Assembly (NCBI GenBank): GCA_964633995.1
Contig: CAZWKN010000002.1
Coordinates: 5,266 to 69,265 of the forward strand
Direction of reading: 5' to 3'
DNA: 64,000 bases
Origin: an uncultured Gammaproteobacteria bacterium
GTDB lineage: Bacteria; Patescibacteriota; Microgenomatia; CAZETR01; Amesbacteraceae
Both the position numbers and the translations under genes were made by a program. Position 1 is the stretch's first letter, and every line of letters begins with the position of its first letter. Below the pieces are notes generated by a model. The model was not told the origin of the DNA, made no database searches, and saw only the letters and a program-made list of their open reading frames with translations. Shown here one piece after another: positions 18,810 through 28,527 of this stretch.

Positions 18810-19136
18810 TTAGTGAGCTTGGGTGATGGAGGCCACTTGGCGCGCACTCTTTTGCCGGACATAATTAAGCTTGGCACGACGCACTTGACCGGCCTTTTTG
18901 ATTTCTATCTTTGAGATCCACGGGGAGAGAAGGGGGAAAATACGTTCGACTCCGACGTTGTTGGCTGCTATTTTACGGACTGTGAAACTCTTGTTTTCAC
19001 CACGCCCGCGGATGCCGATAACCATACCCTCGTAGACTTGAATGCGTTCCTTATCACCTTCCAAGACCCTAAGAGATACTTTGACCAGGTCCCCGACGTG
19101 AAATGAGGTTTCTTTGATAGTTGCTTGATTTGCCAT
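18810..19136 (-). CDS. rplS: 50S ribosomal protein L19
   Basis: FHVGDLVKVSLRVLEGDKERIQVYEGMVIGIRGRG matches the L19 core. 108 aa. Confidence 0.85.
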   Translation of the reverse strand: MANQATIKETSFHVGDLVKVSLRVLEGDKERIQVYEGMVIGIRGRGENKSFTVRKIAANNVGVERIFPLLSPWISKIEIKKAGQVRRAKLNYVRQKSARQVASITQAH

Positions 19137-19154
19137 GACGAGAGTGATTTTAAC

Positions 19155-22100
19155 CTAAACTGGCGAGTTTAACAACATATCTACTTTGGCCTTTAACTCG
19201 GCTGACCAGTTTAGGCCATAAGGTAAGGGTAGTGTCTTGGAACTACTAGATTTGGAAAAAATAAGGTCGGCCGGTTGATTACCTTTGTGTTCTTGAAGTA
19301 ACGAATTGAGACTAACCAACTTTGAGGCCGGTAAACCTTCGGGGATATAAATTGAGACTGGGGGTTTGGGTGCCGGTGGAGGAGGTGGTGAATAGGATGG
19401 GTTTTTGCGAACAACTTGAGGCAGAACTGTTTCAGGGCCTATGTATGCCGCAGCTGAATCCACAATAATCGTTAGTTCATGGGGTAAGTCGCTGGAATCT
19501 TCGGCAGAATCTTTGGATTTGTCCTGACGGGATTCGACTTTTCCCTCGAAAATAACCATATTGTCAGGCTGCCAAATGGTGGGTGATAAGGCATAAGTTT
19601 TGGGGAAAACTACAACTTCGACATTTTTTGAAAGATCGGAAATTTTGGCAAAACACATGGGCAGATTGCCGTTTTTGGTGACCACATTTCTACAGGACTC
19701 AATGATACCTCCGGTGATAACTGTTTTATTTGTGTAATCTTCTAAGTATAAGTCGCTGATGTGACATGTAATTAGATCCCCTATCTGAGCCATTTTTGCT
19801 GCATGCGGATGTTCGGTAAGATAAAAGCCCAGAAGCTCCTTTTCCAAAGCCAGTTTTTGATCCTTTTCAAATTCGGGAATGTCGGGAAGAGAGTCTTTGG
19901 TGTCTACCTCTTCTGATTCACCAAATAAAGTGGTTTGGCCAGAATTTTTTAATTTACTTATGGAAGTCCCCATGTCTCGAATTTTGTCTAGACCAGCCAA
20001 CATAGAGGCACGCTTGCCAAATAAATCTAGCGCGCCAGCTTTGATTAAACTCTCCAAAACTTTGCGGTTGACCTTTTGGCTATCTACCCTAAGACAAAAG
20101 TCTGTAAGCGACGTAAACTGACCAGCGCTTCTGGCATGTAGTATTGAAGAAATGGCGGCCTCACCCACGTTTTTTATAGCTGAAAAGCCAAACCTGATGC
20201 TTTTGCCTTCCTCGATAGTAAAACCGGTATCCGAACTATTTATATCCGGGGCGAGAACCTTTATTTTGATCCGGCGACATTCTTCGACCGCCTCGACAAT
20301 TTTTTCTGTATCCCCTGCTTCGGCGGTTAGTAATGCCGTCATATATTCCACTGGATAATTAGCCTTGAGATACGCCGTCTGATAAGACAATAAGCCGTAT
20401 GAAGCGGCGTGGGCTTTGTTGAAACCGTAACCCTGAAAAGGTACAAAAAGATCCCAGATTTTTTCGGCGTCTTCTTTGGTCATGCCTGAGGTCTTGACGC
20501 AACCATCAACAAAAATGACGTGCTGTTCGGCCATTTCTTTTGGTTTTTTCTTGCCTATGGCCTGACGAAGTGCATCGACACTACCCCAATCGTATCCCGC
20601 TAACTCAAGAGCGGTAAAAAGAATATCTTCCTGATAGACCAAAATGCCATAGGACTTGTCTAGAAAATTTGCCATTTTGGGGTGCAAATATGTAACCGGG
20701 CTTTTGCCATTTTTCCTGGAAATGAATTCAGGAATATTTGCCATAGGACCTGGCCTAAAAAGGGCGATCATAACCATGATATCTTCAACCCGATTGGGTC
20801 TAAGTTCCTTTAACCACTTGGTCATGCCCGAGCCTCCCAACTGAAAAGCTCCCATGGTTTCCCCGCGGGCAAGCATGGAAAATGTCTTTTTGTCGTCAAT
20901 AGGTAGGTTGGCTAAATCTATTTTGATGTTTCGCGATTTCTCTATGATGTCACGAGCAGCGCCTAATATCGACAAGTTCCTAATACCCAAAATATCGAAT
21001 TTGACCAGACCCACATCCTCACATGCATGCATTTCATATTGGGTAATTACTTTTTCACCATTGGGTTCCAATTGAAGCGGAGTGTAATCCGTCATAGGAC
21101 CTGGAGAAACGACGGTACCCGCTGCGTGAACAGAAGCGTGGCGGGCGTTGCCCTCTACGTCTTTGGCTAAGTCTAATATTTGTTTGGCCGACGGATCTGT
21201 ATCGTAGGCTAATTTTAATTCTGGGGAAATCTCAAGAGCGTGCTCCAAAGTCATCGGGAAGCCCTGAGAGCCCATGGGGATAAGCTTGGCGAGATGATCT
21301 CCTATTGAATACGGGTGACCCAGAACCCGGGCCACATCTCTGACTGCTGCTCGTGCCAACATCCGGCCAAATGTACAAATCTGGGCCACTTTGTCTTTTC
21401 CGTATTGAGTTGTTATATAACGAATGAGGTCCTCGCGCCGATCGTCGGCAATATCCAAATCAATATCAGGAGCTTTGGGACGAAGTGGATTTAAGAAACG
21501 CTCAAATGGCAAGGCGTAACGGAGTGGATCTACACTCGTAATACCCAAGACGAACGACACCAACGAACCCGCTGCAGAACCCCTGGTGTTGGTGATAATG
21601 CCATTGTCAGTACACCAATTGACCATGTCTGACATCATCAAAAAATATGAGGCATAACCTTTGGAAATAATAACTTCGAGCTCGTAATCAAGCCGCTTGA
21701 GAGTTTGATCGTCGGTATTAGGAAATTTTAACGGTAGTCTGGCGTGAGCTAGCTCCCGTAAATAACCCTGGGCGGTTTTATTGTCTGGTATTTCGAAATT
21801 TGGAAAATACCATTTACCAAGCTCTATTTGGACATCTACCGCTTCGGCGACTTTTAGAGTGTTTGTGAGCGCATCTGGAAAGTCCGGAAAATTGGAGGAC
21901 ATTTCTTCTTGGGTCGTGAGATAAAAAGTGGGCGTGTCCACGTACCTTAACCGGTCAATGTCCGAAACGTTTTTGCCAGTGGAAATACAAACCAAGGCAT
22001 CTTGAGCGGTAGCATCGCTTTGTTTGATATAGTGGGCATCATTGGTTGCAACCAATGGGATACCCAGTTCCCGGCTTAATTTGGTAATTCCAGACACCCA

Positions 22101-22715
22101 AATGTCTTCACTTTTTTGGATTGCCACAAGTTTGTCGTAAAGCCTTGAATTTGATTTGACTGCGTCCCAATAATCGCGGTAGTGGTGCCTTTGAATTTCA
22201 AGAAAATAATTTTCCTGACCGAAGGTGTCCTGATACCAGGCAATTGTCTCTTTGGCTTTGTCCATATTGCCTGAGACAATCAGCTCGGCAATTTCACCTT
22301 TTGGACAGGCAGATAAACAAATTATGCCTTCGCTGTATTGTCTTAGTACGTCCTTACTAACACGAGGGCGGTAATAAAAACCCTCGAGGTGGGCAATTGT
22401 GGTTAATTTCATCAGGTTTTTATAACCTGTGTAATTTTTGGCTATTAAAACCAAATGATTATTTTCACCTTTACCGGCTTTTTCTTTATGGTCGCGATTT
22501 ACCACGTAACCCTCCATCCCAATTAAGGGCTTCACGCCTTCTTTTTGGCAATTTTTGTAAAATTCGATGGCTCCATACATGGTGCCATGGTCAGTCAAAG
22601 CGATGGCAGACATTTCCAACTCTTTGGCACGAGCAACCATTTTTTTGGTCTTGGATAGACCATCTAGAAGTGAATATTCGGAGTGGTTGTGGAGATGGAT
22701 AAAGTTTGAGGCCAT
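19155..22715 (-). CDS. dnaE: DNA polymerase III subunit alpha
   Basis: PHP domain start FIHLHNHSEYSLLDG. Full-length 1186 aa with palm, fingers and OB regions. Pro-rich insert near the C-terminus. Confidence 0.95.
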   Translation of the reverse strand: MASNFIHLHNHSEYSLLDGLSKTKKMVARAKELEMSAIALTDHGTMYGAIEFYKNCQKEGVKPLIGMEGYVVNRDHKEKAGKGENNHLVLIAKNYTGYKNLMKLTTIAHLEGFYYRPRVSKDVLRQYSEGIICLSACPKGEIAELIVSGNMDKAKETIAWYQDTFGQENYFLEIQRHHYRDYWDAVKSNSRLYDKLVAIQKSEDIWVSGITKLSRELGIPLVATNDAHYIKQSDATAQDALVCISTGKNVSDIDRLRYVDTPTFYLTTQEEMSSNFPDFPDALTNTLKVAEAVDVQIELGKWYFPNFEIPDNKTAQGYLRELAHARLPLKFPNTDDQTLKRLDYELEVIISKGYASYFLMMSDMVNWCTDNGIITNTRGSAAGSLVSFVLGITSVDPLRYALPFERFLNPLRPKAPDIDLDIADDRREDLIRYITTQYGKDKVAQICTFGRMLARAAVRDVARVLGHPYSIGDHLAKLIPMGSQGFPMTLEHALEISPELKLAYDTDPSAKQILDLAKDVEGNARHASVHAAGTVVSPGPMTDYTPLQLEPNGEKVITQYEMHACEDVGLVKFDILGIRNLSILGAARDIIEKSRNIKIDLANLPIDDKKTFSMLARGETMGAFQLGGSGMTKWLKELRPNRVEDIMVMIALFRPGPMANIPEFISRKNGKSPVTYLHPKMANFLDKSYGILVYQEDILFTALELAGYDWGSVDALRQAIGKKKPKEMAEQHVIFVDGCVKTSGMTKEDAEKIWDLFVPFQGYGFNKAHAASYGLLSYQTAYLKANYPVEYMTALLTAEAGDTEKIVEAVEECRRIKIKVLAPDINSSDTGFTIEEGKSIRFGFSAIKNVGEAAISSILHARSAGQFTSLTDFCLRVDSQKVNRKVLESLIKAGALDLFGKRASMLAGLDKIRDMGTSISKLKNSGQTTLFGESEEVDTKDSLPDIPEFEKDQKLALEKELLGFYLTEHPHAAKMAQIGDLITCHISDLYLEDYTNKTVITGGIIESCRNVVTKNGNLPMCFAKISDLSKNVEVVVFPKTYALSPTIWQPDNMVIFEGKVESRQDKSKDSAEDSSDLPHELTIIVDSAAAYIGPETVLPQVVRKNPSYSPPPPPAPKPPVSIYIPEGLPASKLVSLNSLLQEHKGNQPADLIFSKSSSSKTLPLPYGLNWSAELKAKVDMLLNSPV

Positions 22716-22787
22716 ATTTTTGTTGCCAGTCGACCAGCGACTGTTTCAGTTTTTATGATATACCGCTGGAAGTGTCATAACAAGTAA

Positions 22788-22827
22788 TACCAAAGGTCGC
22801 AAGGCTATTTCACCTCTAAGGTGAAGG
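22788..22827 (+). repeat. REP-like palindromic element, copy 2
   Basis: TACCAAAGGTCGCAAGGCTATTTCACCTCTAAGGTGAAGG. In the dnaE upstream gap, abutting the stop at 22829. Confidence 0.7.
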
Positions 22828-22828
22828 A

Positions 22829-23596
22829 TTAACGATACCCTTCTCCACAGGAGATGTTGGTAAAGGAAAAATTTGTGGTGTCTAATTTTCCCGTGCACCC
22901 ACCTTCAAAATGCCATGCCGTATTTACGGTACATACTAAATCGACTCCGCACTTTACGGCGAATGGCACTCCGCTAAAGTTGGTTGGAAGTTGTAATGTT
23001 TTTAGGGGCGTAAAGGTTTTTTCTTGCTGGAACTGGTCGTTAATAGCGTAAATGCTGATCGAGTTGGAAATGGCGTTAATCGAGACTAGTTTATTACCGG
23101 CGATGTCAGACAAATTTTCGTCTCCATACAGCGGACTTTTTGTGGAAATGACTGCGTACGAATAAGAACCGTCTTTACCCCAGTCTGACGACGGGCTGTT
23201 TTCTTGTTTTACATAGTAAATCCCGTCCAGATTTTGGTCTGAATATGTGTAAATATTTAAATTTATGCCCTTAAATTTTAGGGTTTTGACAATTCTTGTG
23301 TGCACTTGTTGTGGGGTGGGTATTATTTCTTGAGTTAGTTGAGCATTCCTTGGTTTAGTTAAAGCCGTAATTTGCCTGTTTAAGGATTTAATAACCATTG
23401 AGTAATAAAGTGAACCTCCGATTGCTGCGAAAGCGACCAGAGTAAGAAGGAAGGGAATAAACTGACTAAACTGGAATCTGGGTTTTGGATTGGTGTTCAC
23501 ATCGGGTTCCATGGGTTTATTGCTTTGATTTTGTTTTTGTAATTTACTATACAACCACCGGTTTGGAATTACTATCTCTATCTGATTTCTTTCCAC
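22829..23596 (-). CDS. hypothetical exported or membrane-anchored protein
   Basis: 255-aa ORF with an N-terminal TM/signal segment. The annotated GTG start lies inside the inverted REP hairpin. An alternative ATG start is at 23512. Flanked by REP copies. Confidence 0.4.
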   Translation of the reverse strand: MERNQIEIVIPNRWLYSKLQKQNQSNKPMEPDVNTNPKPRFQFSQFIPFLLTLVAFAAIGGSLYYSMVIKSLNRQITALTKPRNAQLTQEIIPTPQQVHTRIVKTLKFKGINLNIYTYSDQNLDGIYYVKQENSPSSDWGKDGSYSYAVISTKSPLYGDENLSDIAGNKLVSINAISNSISIYAINDQFQQEKTFTPLKTLQLPTNFSGVPFAVKCGVDLVCTVNTAWHFEGGCTGKLDTTNFSFTNISCGEGYR

Positions 23597-23629
23597 CTTG
23601 AAGGTGGAAAGTTAAGTTGCGTGGTATCC
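23591..23629 (-). repeat. REP-like element, inverted and degenerate copy
   Basis: TTCCACCT-TGA-AGGTGGAA hairpin followed by GTTAAGTTGCGTGGTATCC. Approximates the reverse complement of the REP consensus. 8 nt upstream of the RAYT start. Confidence 0.55.
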
Positions 23630-23636
23630 TTTATAT

Positions 23637-24311
23637 ATGCCCGGGCGCGAGATTCCCCTGGTGACTGGTGAGTATTACCACGTGCTTAACAGAGGGGTAA
23701 ATAGTGTACCCACCTTTTCTACTTCAAAAGACTATTTACAATTTCTATTTAGTTTAGAGTACTACAACTTTACTAGTCCACCTGTAAGACTATCAAGATT
23801 TAAGGTTATGCCAAGACCCGAAAAGGAAGACTTACTTGATCAGCTTCGAAGCAATTCTGCTAAATACGTCGAATTACTCGCTTATACGTTAATGCCCAAC
23901 CATTTTCACCTGCTACTAAGACAGATTAAAGATGGTGGAATTTCTAAATTTACCGGAAAACTCGTAAACAGTTATACGAGGTATTTTAATACTATTCACC
24001 ACAGAACAGGACCCTTGTTCCAAGGAAAGTTTAAAGCTGTGTTAGTTGAATCCGAAGAACAGCTTATCCATCTATCAAGATATATTCACTTAAATCCGTT
24101 TGTATCTTCGGTGGTAAAGAAGGATCAATTGGAAGCGTACTTGTGGTCATCCTTGTCTGAGTATTTGACGGGAAAGGCGCAAAGATGTGAAATTAATACG
24201 GTCATGAATAGTTTTAAAAACTCGGAGGCGTACAGATCGTTTGTGTTTGATCACGCCGATTATGCAGCGAGAATTTCAATAGTTAAGCATTTAGCTTTGG
24301 AAAATGAGTAG
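23637..24311 (+). CDS. REP-associated tyrosine transposase (RAYT; IS200-like Y1 HUH transposase)
   Basis: YHVLNRG, HUH motif LMPNHFHLLL, catalytic Tyr context LSRYIHLNP. 224 aa. Flanked by inverted REP copies. Confidence 0.8.
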   Translation: MPGREIPLVTGEYYHVLNRGVNSVPTFSTSKDYLQFLFSLEYYNFTSPPVRLSRFKVMPRPEKEDLLDQLRSNSAKYVELLAYTLMPNHFHLLLRQIKDGGISKFTGKLVNSYTRYFNTIHHRTGPLFQGKFKAVLVESEEQLIHLSRYIHLNPFVSSVVKKDQLEAYLWSSLSEYLTGKAQRCEINTVMNSFKNSEAYRSFVFDHADYAARISIVKHLALENE

Positions 24312-24312
24312 G

Positions 24313-24353
24313 TACCAAAGGTCGCAAGGCTATTTCACCTCTAAGGTGAAAGG
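24313..24353 (+). repeat. REP-like palindromic element, copy 3
   Basis: TACCAAAGGTCGCAAGGCTATTTCACCTCTAAGGTGAAAGG. Starts 2 nt after the RAYT stop. Confidence 0.7.
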
Positions 24354-24365
24354 TATGTTACAAAC

Positions 24366-25631
24366 TTAACTGTTGATAAGTGAGGAAAGGGTTTGGTGAA
24401 TCAATTGGGCGTCGATGTTACCGAGTTCTTTTTTGACTAGGCCGATTAGAAAGCCCATGACTTGGGTTTTGCCGGCTTTAATACTGGCAACTGCCGAAGG
24501 ATTAGTTGTAAGTATTTTTTCACATGTTTCACGAAGAACAGATGAGTCGATTTGGGGTTGTGAATCGGTGGTCACTAAAGGTCGTTTATTGATTAGGGAA
24601 TCGGCAATTTGTTTTGCAGTATGATTGCCAATTGCAAGAGTTTGAGTAAATAAAGTATACATATCTTTATTTTCGCTTATTATCTTTGCATAATCTGAAG
24701 ATAGAGAATAGTTTGTAATCAATTCTTGCCGAATTTCGGCTGGTAATTTGGGAAGCTGATCACGCCAGGCCCTAATCTGGTCAGAAGTAAAGACTACTGG
24801 CGGGATATCTGGGTCTGGGAAATATCTGTAGTCGTGAGCCTGTTCCTTGGTGCGTTGACTGAAAGTCTCCCCTGTTGTTTCTTTGAATCCCCGGGTTTCC
24901 CTTTGTGGCTTGGTTCCTGCTTTGAGAAGCTCAATTTGGCGGCCAACCTCGTAGTCGATGGCTTTTTTGATAAACCTAAACGAATTTACATTTTTTATTT
25001 CGACCTGAAAATCCGGCAGTTCAACTTGATCCTCTAGCCTAACTGAAATATTGGCCTCCAGACGCATGGAGCCTTTTTCCATATCTGCGGTTGAGATCCC
25101 CAAAGCCCTAACAATAGTTTGAAGTTCCTTGAGAAACTCATCAGATTCTTGTGACGAGGCAAAGTCTGGCTCCGTAACTACTTCTACCAAAGGAACTCCA
25201 GAACGATTGAAATCTATGAGCGTAGACCCACCCACATGTTGGAGTTTGCCTGTATCCTCTTCCATGTGAACCCTGCGGATCCTGATCGGTTTGCCCGATC
25301 CAGGAAGACTAAGCACCCCTGAATGGCAAAACGGCAGATCGAACTGGCTGATTTGATAACCTTTGGGTAAATCTGGGTAAAAATAGTTCTTGCGATCAAA
25401 TTTGGAAAACAGATTTATTTGGCAACCCAAAGCGAGTCCAAGCTTGATACACCATTCGATAGCTTTGGCGTTTGGTACAGGAAGAGCTCCGGGAAGCCCT
25501 AAACAGACCGGGCAGGTTTGGGTGTTTGGGGTTTTGCCAAAATGATCTGCCGGACAACCGCAAAACATCTTGGAGGCCGTAGCTAACTCGATGTGGATTT
25601 CGAATCCGATAACAGGATTGTAGTTTGGCAT
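24366..25631 (-). CDS. gatB: Asp/Glu-tRNA(Asn/Gln) amidotransferase subunit B
   Basis: MPNYNPVIGFEIHIELATASKMFCGC. 421 aa. Confidence 0.9.
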   Translation of the reverse strand: MPNYNPVIGFEIHIELATASKMFCGCPADHFGKTPNTQTCPVCLGLPGALPVPNAKAIEWCIKLGLALGCQINLFSKFDRKNYFYPDLPKGYQISQFDLPFCHSGVLSLPGSGKPIRIRRVHMEEDTGKLQHVGGSTLIDFNRSGVPLVEVVTEPDFASSQESDEFLKELQTIVRALGISTADMEKGSMRLEANISVRLEDQVELPDFQVEIKNVNSFRFIKKAIDYEVGRQIELLKAGTKPQRETRGFKETTGETFSQRTKEQAHDYRYFPDPDIPPVVFTSDQIRAWRDQLPKLPAEIRQELITNYSLSSDYAKIISENKDMYTLFTQTLAIGNHTAKQIADSLINKRPLVTTDSQPQIDSSVLRETCEKILTTNPSAVASIKAGKTQVMGFLIGLVKKELGNIDAQLIHQTLSSLINS

Positions 25632-26923
25632 TATGATGAATGATTATTTAATAAAAAATCACCCCGACGGTTAATAAAAACAAATACTCCCAAGAGAATT
25701 GATCCCAAAATAGCGACCAGTGAGGACACTCCTAAGGCGTCGGCTATTGAGGCGGAAATAAGCAGTGGCAAGGTGGTCGACAAAATAAGTAAAAAGCTAA
25801 GTTGGCCATAAACCCGGCCACGAAGCCAAGCAGGAGTGTGCTGTTGGATGAGCGTCTGGGTGGGAATAATTATGACGGCAATTGATACCCCAATACCAAT
25901 CGAAGACAGGATGGCTAATGCTACTTTTATGGATGGGAACATGCCCAAAACGGCCAATGACAAAAGCGATAAGCCGCTAACTACAAAACCAGCTTCTATT
26001 ATTTTTTTCTTGCGGTATTTTTTGGCAAGCCTCGGAAAAAGATAGGTGATAATTAATGCCCCAATCGTGCCAGGAACCAACATAATAACTCCGGCGTGAT
26101 TGAGGTTTACACCCAACACATTTTGGGTGTAAGACGGAATGGTGGTAGCAATAATGGATATAAAAATCTGAGAAAGAATTATGGTAGCTAGTGGCAACAT
26201 GACCGATCGATGATTTTTTATAAATTCATAACCATCTTTGAACTCTTCAAAAAATTGGAACAGATCTTTTTCAAATAACTCTGTCTTTGGCCGATCTGAC
26301 GGTAAGAAATAAACAGAAAATGAGGCCAAAAGTAGGTTTATGGTGATAGCAACCACGGTAAGCACTGGCCCCAAAAGCGAAAGCAATACTCCGCCTAGTC
26401 CCATACCAATGAGAAATGATGTTTGCTGGGTGAGCAAAAACAGACCATTGGCGGCATCTAAATAATTCTTGTCTACCAGATAAGGAACACTGGCTTGCTG
26501 ACTGGGTAAATACAGCTGATCAAAAGCCCAGTAGAAAAACACAATCACATATAGAGCAAAAACGTGACTTCCCACGAATAAAGCACAAAAAACAGTTAGA
26601 GCCTGAAGAAGGTTCGTAACAATTAGGATTTTTCTCCTGCTAAAACTATCCACAACAGCCCCGGAAAACGGCCCAAACAATAGGGCCGGCAGAGACCCGG
26701 CTAACCACATCAACGATACAGCGATTGAGGAACCTGTTACGGAAAAAATCCGGGTCAAGACATAAAAATTCATAATATTGATAGTCAACTGAGACAATGT
26801 ATGGGAAATCCACAACCTGACGAAGTTTTTGTTTTTGAAAAGTTGCCTATATTGCGGGTTTTTCATGGTGCCATGAGGTAGATAACTGATAGGCGTTGGC
26901 CGCCTGAATAACCAACTGTTCAC
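25631..26923 (-). CDS. MFS transporter
   Basis: 12 predicted TM helices. The GTG start at 26923 overlaps the gatA 3' end by 77 nt. An in-frame ATG at 26866 (MKNPQYRQLF...) may be the real start. Confidence 0.7.
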   Translation of the reverse strand: MNSWLFRRPTPISYLPHGTMKNPQYRQLFKNKNFVRLWISHTLSQLTINIMNFYVLTRIFSVTGSSIAVSLMWLAGSLPALLFGPFSGAVVDSFSRRKILIVTNLLQALTVFCALFVGSHVFALYVIVFFYWAFDQLYLPSQQASVPYLVDKNYLDAANGLFLLTQQTSFLIGMGLGGVLLSLLGPVLTVVAITINLLLASFSVYFLPSDRPKTELFEKDLFQFFEEFKDGYEFIKNHRSVMLPLATIILSQIFISIIATTIPSYTQNVLGVNLNHAGVIMLVPGTIGALIITYLFPRLAKKYRKKKIIEAGFVVSGLSLLSLAVLGMFPSIKVALAILSSIGIGVSIAVIIIPTQTLIQQHTPAWLRGRVYGQLSFLLILSTTLPLLISASIADALGVSSLVAILGSILLGVFVFINRRGDFLLNNHSS

Positions 26924-28232
26924 TAAATTGCGGGCCGATTATTTGCATTCCTATCGGAAGCCCATCCACAAAACCACAAGGAACATTTATACCAGTCAAA
27001 CCAGCAACGCTGGATGGTTCTACCAAAACGTCTTCCATTTCTCCGAACATTGGAGAATCTAAGCTTGCTCCAACTTTTAAAGCCGGGCCCGGGGATGTGG
27101 GGCCGACTATCAGATCAACTTTTTTGTACGCTTGTGAAAAATCATTTATGATTTGGGTTCTTACCTTTTGAGCTTTATTGTAATATTGATCATAATATCC
27201 CGAAGATAGGGCATATGTTCCCAACATTATTCTTCTTTTAGCCTCCTGACCGAACGAATCCCTGCCATGTCCATATCTAACGCCATCGTATCTGGCTAAA
27301 TTCGAAGAAACTTCTGATCTCTGCACTATGGTGTAGACACCAATTGCATATTGGGGGTCGATTAGTGAGATTTCTTCGATTAAAGCTCCAAGCTCAGTAA
27401 ATTTCTTGGCAGCATTTAGAATTAAATCCTTCACGTCTTGCCGCATATTTTTTAATAAATATTCTTTGGGCAAACCAATTCTAAGCCCCGAAACACCAGT
27501 AGATAGTCCGGCTATCATGTTCTGTACCGGGTTTTTTGACGTAGTGGCGTCATGAGGATCATGACCAGAAATAATCTGAGCAATTAGAGCTGAATCTTCT
27601 ACTGACTTTGTAAGTGGCCCCGGAGAATCGGTTGATGAAGCCATTGCCACAACCCCATATCGTGACACCCTACCATATGTTGGCTTGAAGCCAGTGACTC
27701 CACACCAAGCTGCCGGTTGACGAATTGAACCCGCCGTTTCACTGCCAATTGCCGCAATACACATATCTGACGCAACTGCGGCAGCTGACCCCCCAGACGA
27801 CCCGCCAGGTAGATGGTTTGTATTCCAGGGATTGAACGTAGGTCCAAAATCTGACGTCTCTGTTGAACTCCCATGAGCCCATGCATCCATGTTTGTCTTT
27901 CCCAAAAACAATGCACCTGCCTCGTTTAATTTTGTAGTGACCGTCGATTCATACACCGGCATATAACCATCTAACACATTTGACGACGCCGTGGTTGGAA
28001 GCCCGATTGTTAAAAAATTGTCTTTTATAGCCAAAGGAATACCACCAAGCGGTTTTGAAACATCGGCTTTTTCTGCTTCTGCAAGCACGTTATTGTTTAG
28101 GCTTAAAAACGCGTGGATTTTGGGATCGTATTTTTTAATTTGGTCCAGACAAGCTTGAACCAACTCCCTGCTGGAAAATTTTTTGGAACGAAGGCCTTGT
28201 TGAGCCTGGGCGAGAGTCAAATTGTTTAGCAT
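26847..28232 (-). CDS. gatA: Glu-tRNA(Gln) amidotransferase subunit A (amidase)
   Basis: Amidase signature GGSSGGSAAAVA. 461 aa. Confidence 0.9.
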   Translation of the reverse strand: MLNNLTLAQAQQGLRSKKFSSRELVQACLDQIKKYDPKIHAFLSLNNNVLAEAEKADVSKPLGGIPLAIKDNFLTIGLPTTASSNVLDGYMPVYESTVTTKLNEAGALFLGKTNMDAWAHGSSTETSDFGPTFNPWNTNHLPGGSSGGSAAAVASDMCIAAIGSETAGSIRQPAAWCGVTGFKPTYGRVSRYGVVAMASSTDSPGPLTKSVEDSALIAQIISGHDPHDATTSKNPVQNMIAGLSTGVSGLRIGLPKEYLLKNMRQDVKDLILNAAKKFTELGALIEEISLIDPQYAIGVYTIVQRSEVSSNLARYDGVRYGHGRDSFGQEAKRRIMLGTYALSSGYYDQYYNKAQKVRTQIINDFSQAYKKVDLIVGPTSPGPALKVGASLDSPMFGEMEDVLVEPSSVAGLTGINVPCGFVDGLPIGMQIIGPQFSEQLVIQAANAYQLSTSWHHEKPAI

Positions 28233-28233
28233 G

Positions 28234-28527
28234 TCAAAAAATTGCGGGGACGACGAAATAACCGTTTTTGGCTGAGGGGGAGTTTGATAATGCCTGCTTT
28301 TGGGTCAAGACCCGGGAAGTATCCACCACATCTTCTCTTAATACATTGGTCAAACCGGTAACCTGGGAGGTGGGCTCGACCCCGGTAGTATCTAAGCTAT
28401 TGATTAAATCGACCGTCTTTAGTGTGTCTGCAAATTGAGAAGCTAATTTTTCTTCCTCCCCTGGCTTTAAGACCAGATTGGCCAGTTTTGCAATATGCTT
28501 AACGTCCATTAGCCTCAAGTTTAGCAC
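28234..28527 (-). CDS. gatC: Glu-tRNA(Gln) amidotransferase subunit C
   Basis: 97 aa, VKHIAKLANLVLKPGEEEKL, sits immediately upstream of gatA. Confidence 0.8.
   Translation of the reverse strand: MLNLRLMDVKHIAKLANLVLKPGEEEKLASQFADTLKTVDLINSLDTTGVEPTSQVTGLTNVLREDVVDTSRVLTQKQALSNSPSAKNGYFVVPAIF

Larger units (their letters stand above)
23591..24353 (+). mobile_element. REP-RAYT unit (REPtron)
   Basis: Y1 transposase gene bracketed by oppositely oriented REP hairpin elements. Confidence 0.65.

Noticed and set aside
18569-18914. ORFs 18569..18877 (-) and 18678..18914 (+) overlapping rplS and the PMT-like gene
   Set aside because: Out-of-frame overlaps with a strongly supported ribosomal protein gene. 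No motifs.
19211-22758. Several 60-100 aa ORFs within/antisense to dnaE
   Set aside because: They are embedded in a high-confidence gene.
27599-27916. ORF antisense within gatA
   Set aside because: It is embedded in a high-confidence gene.
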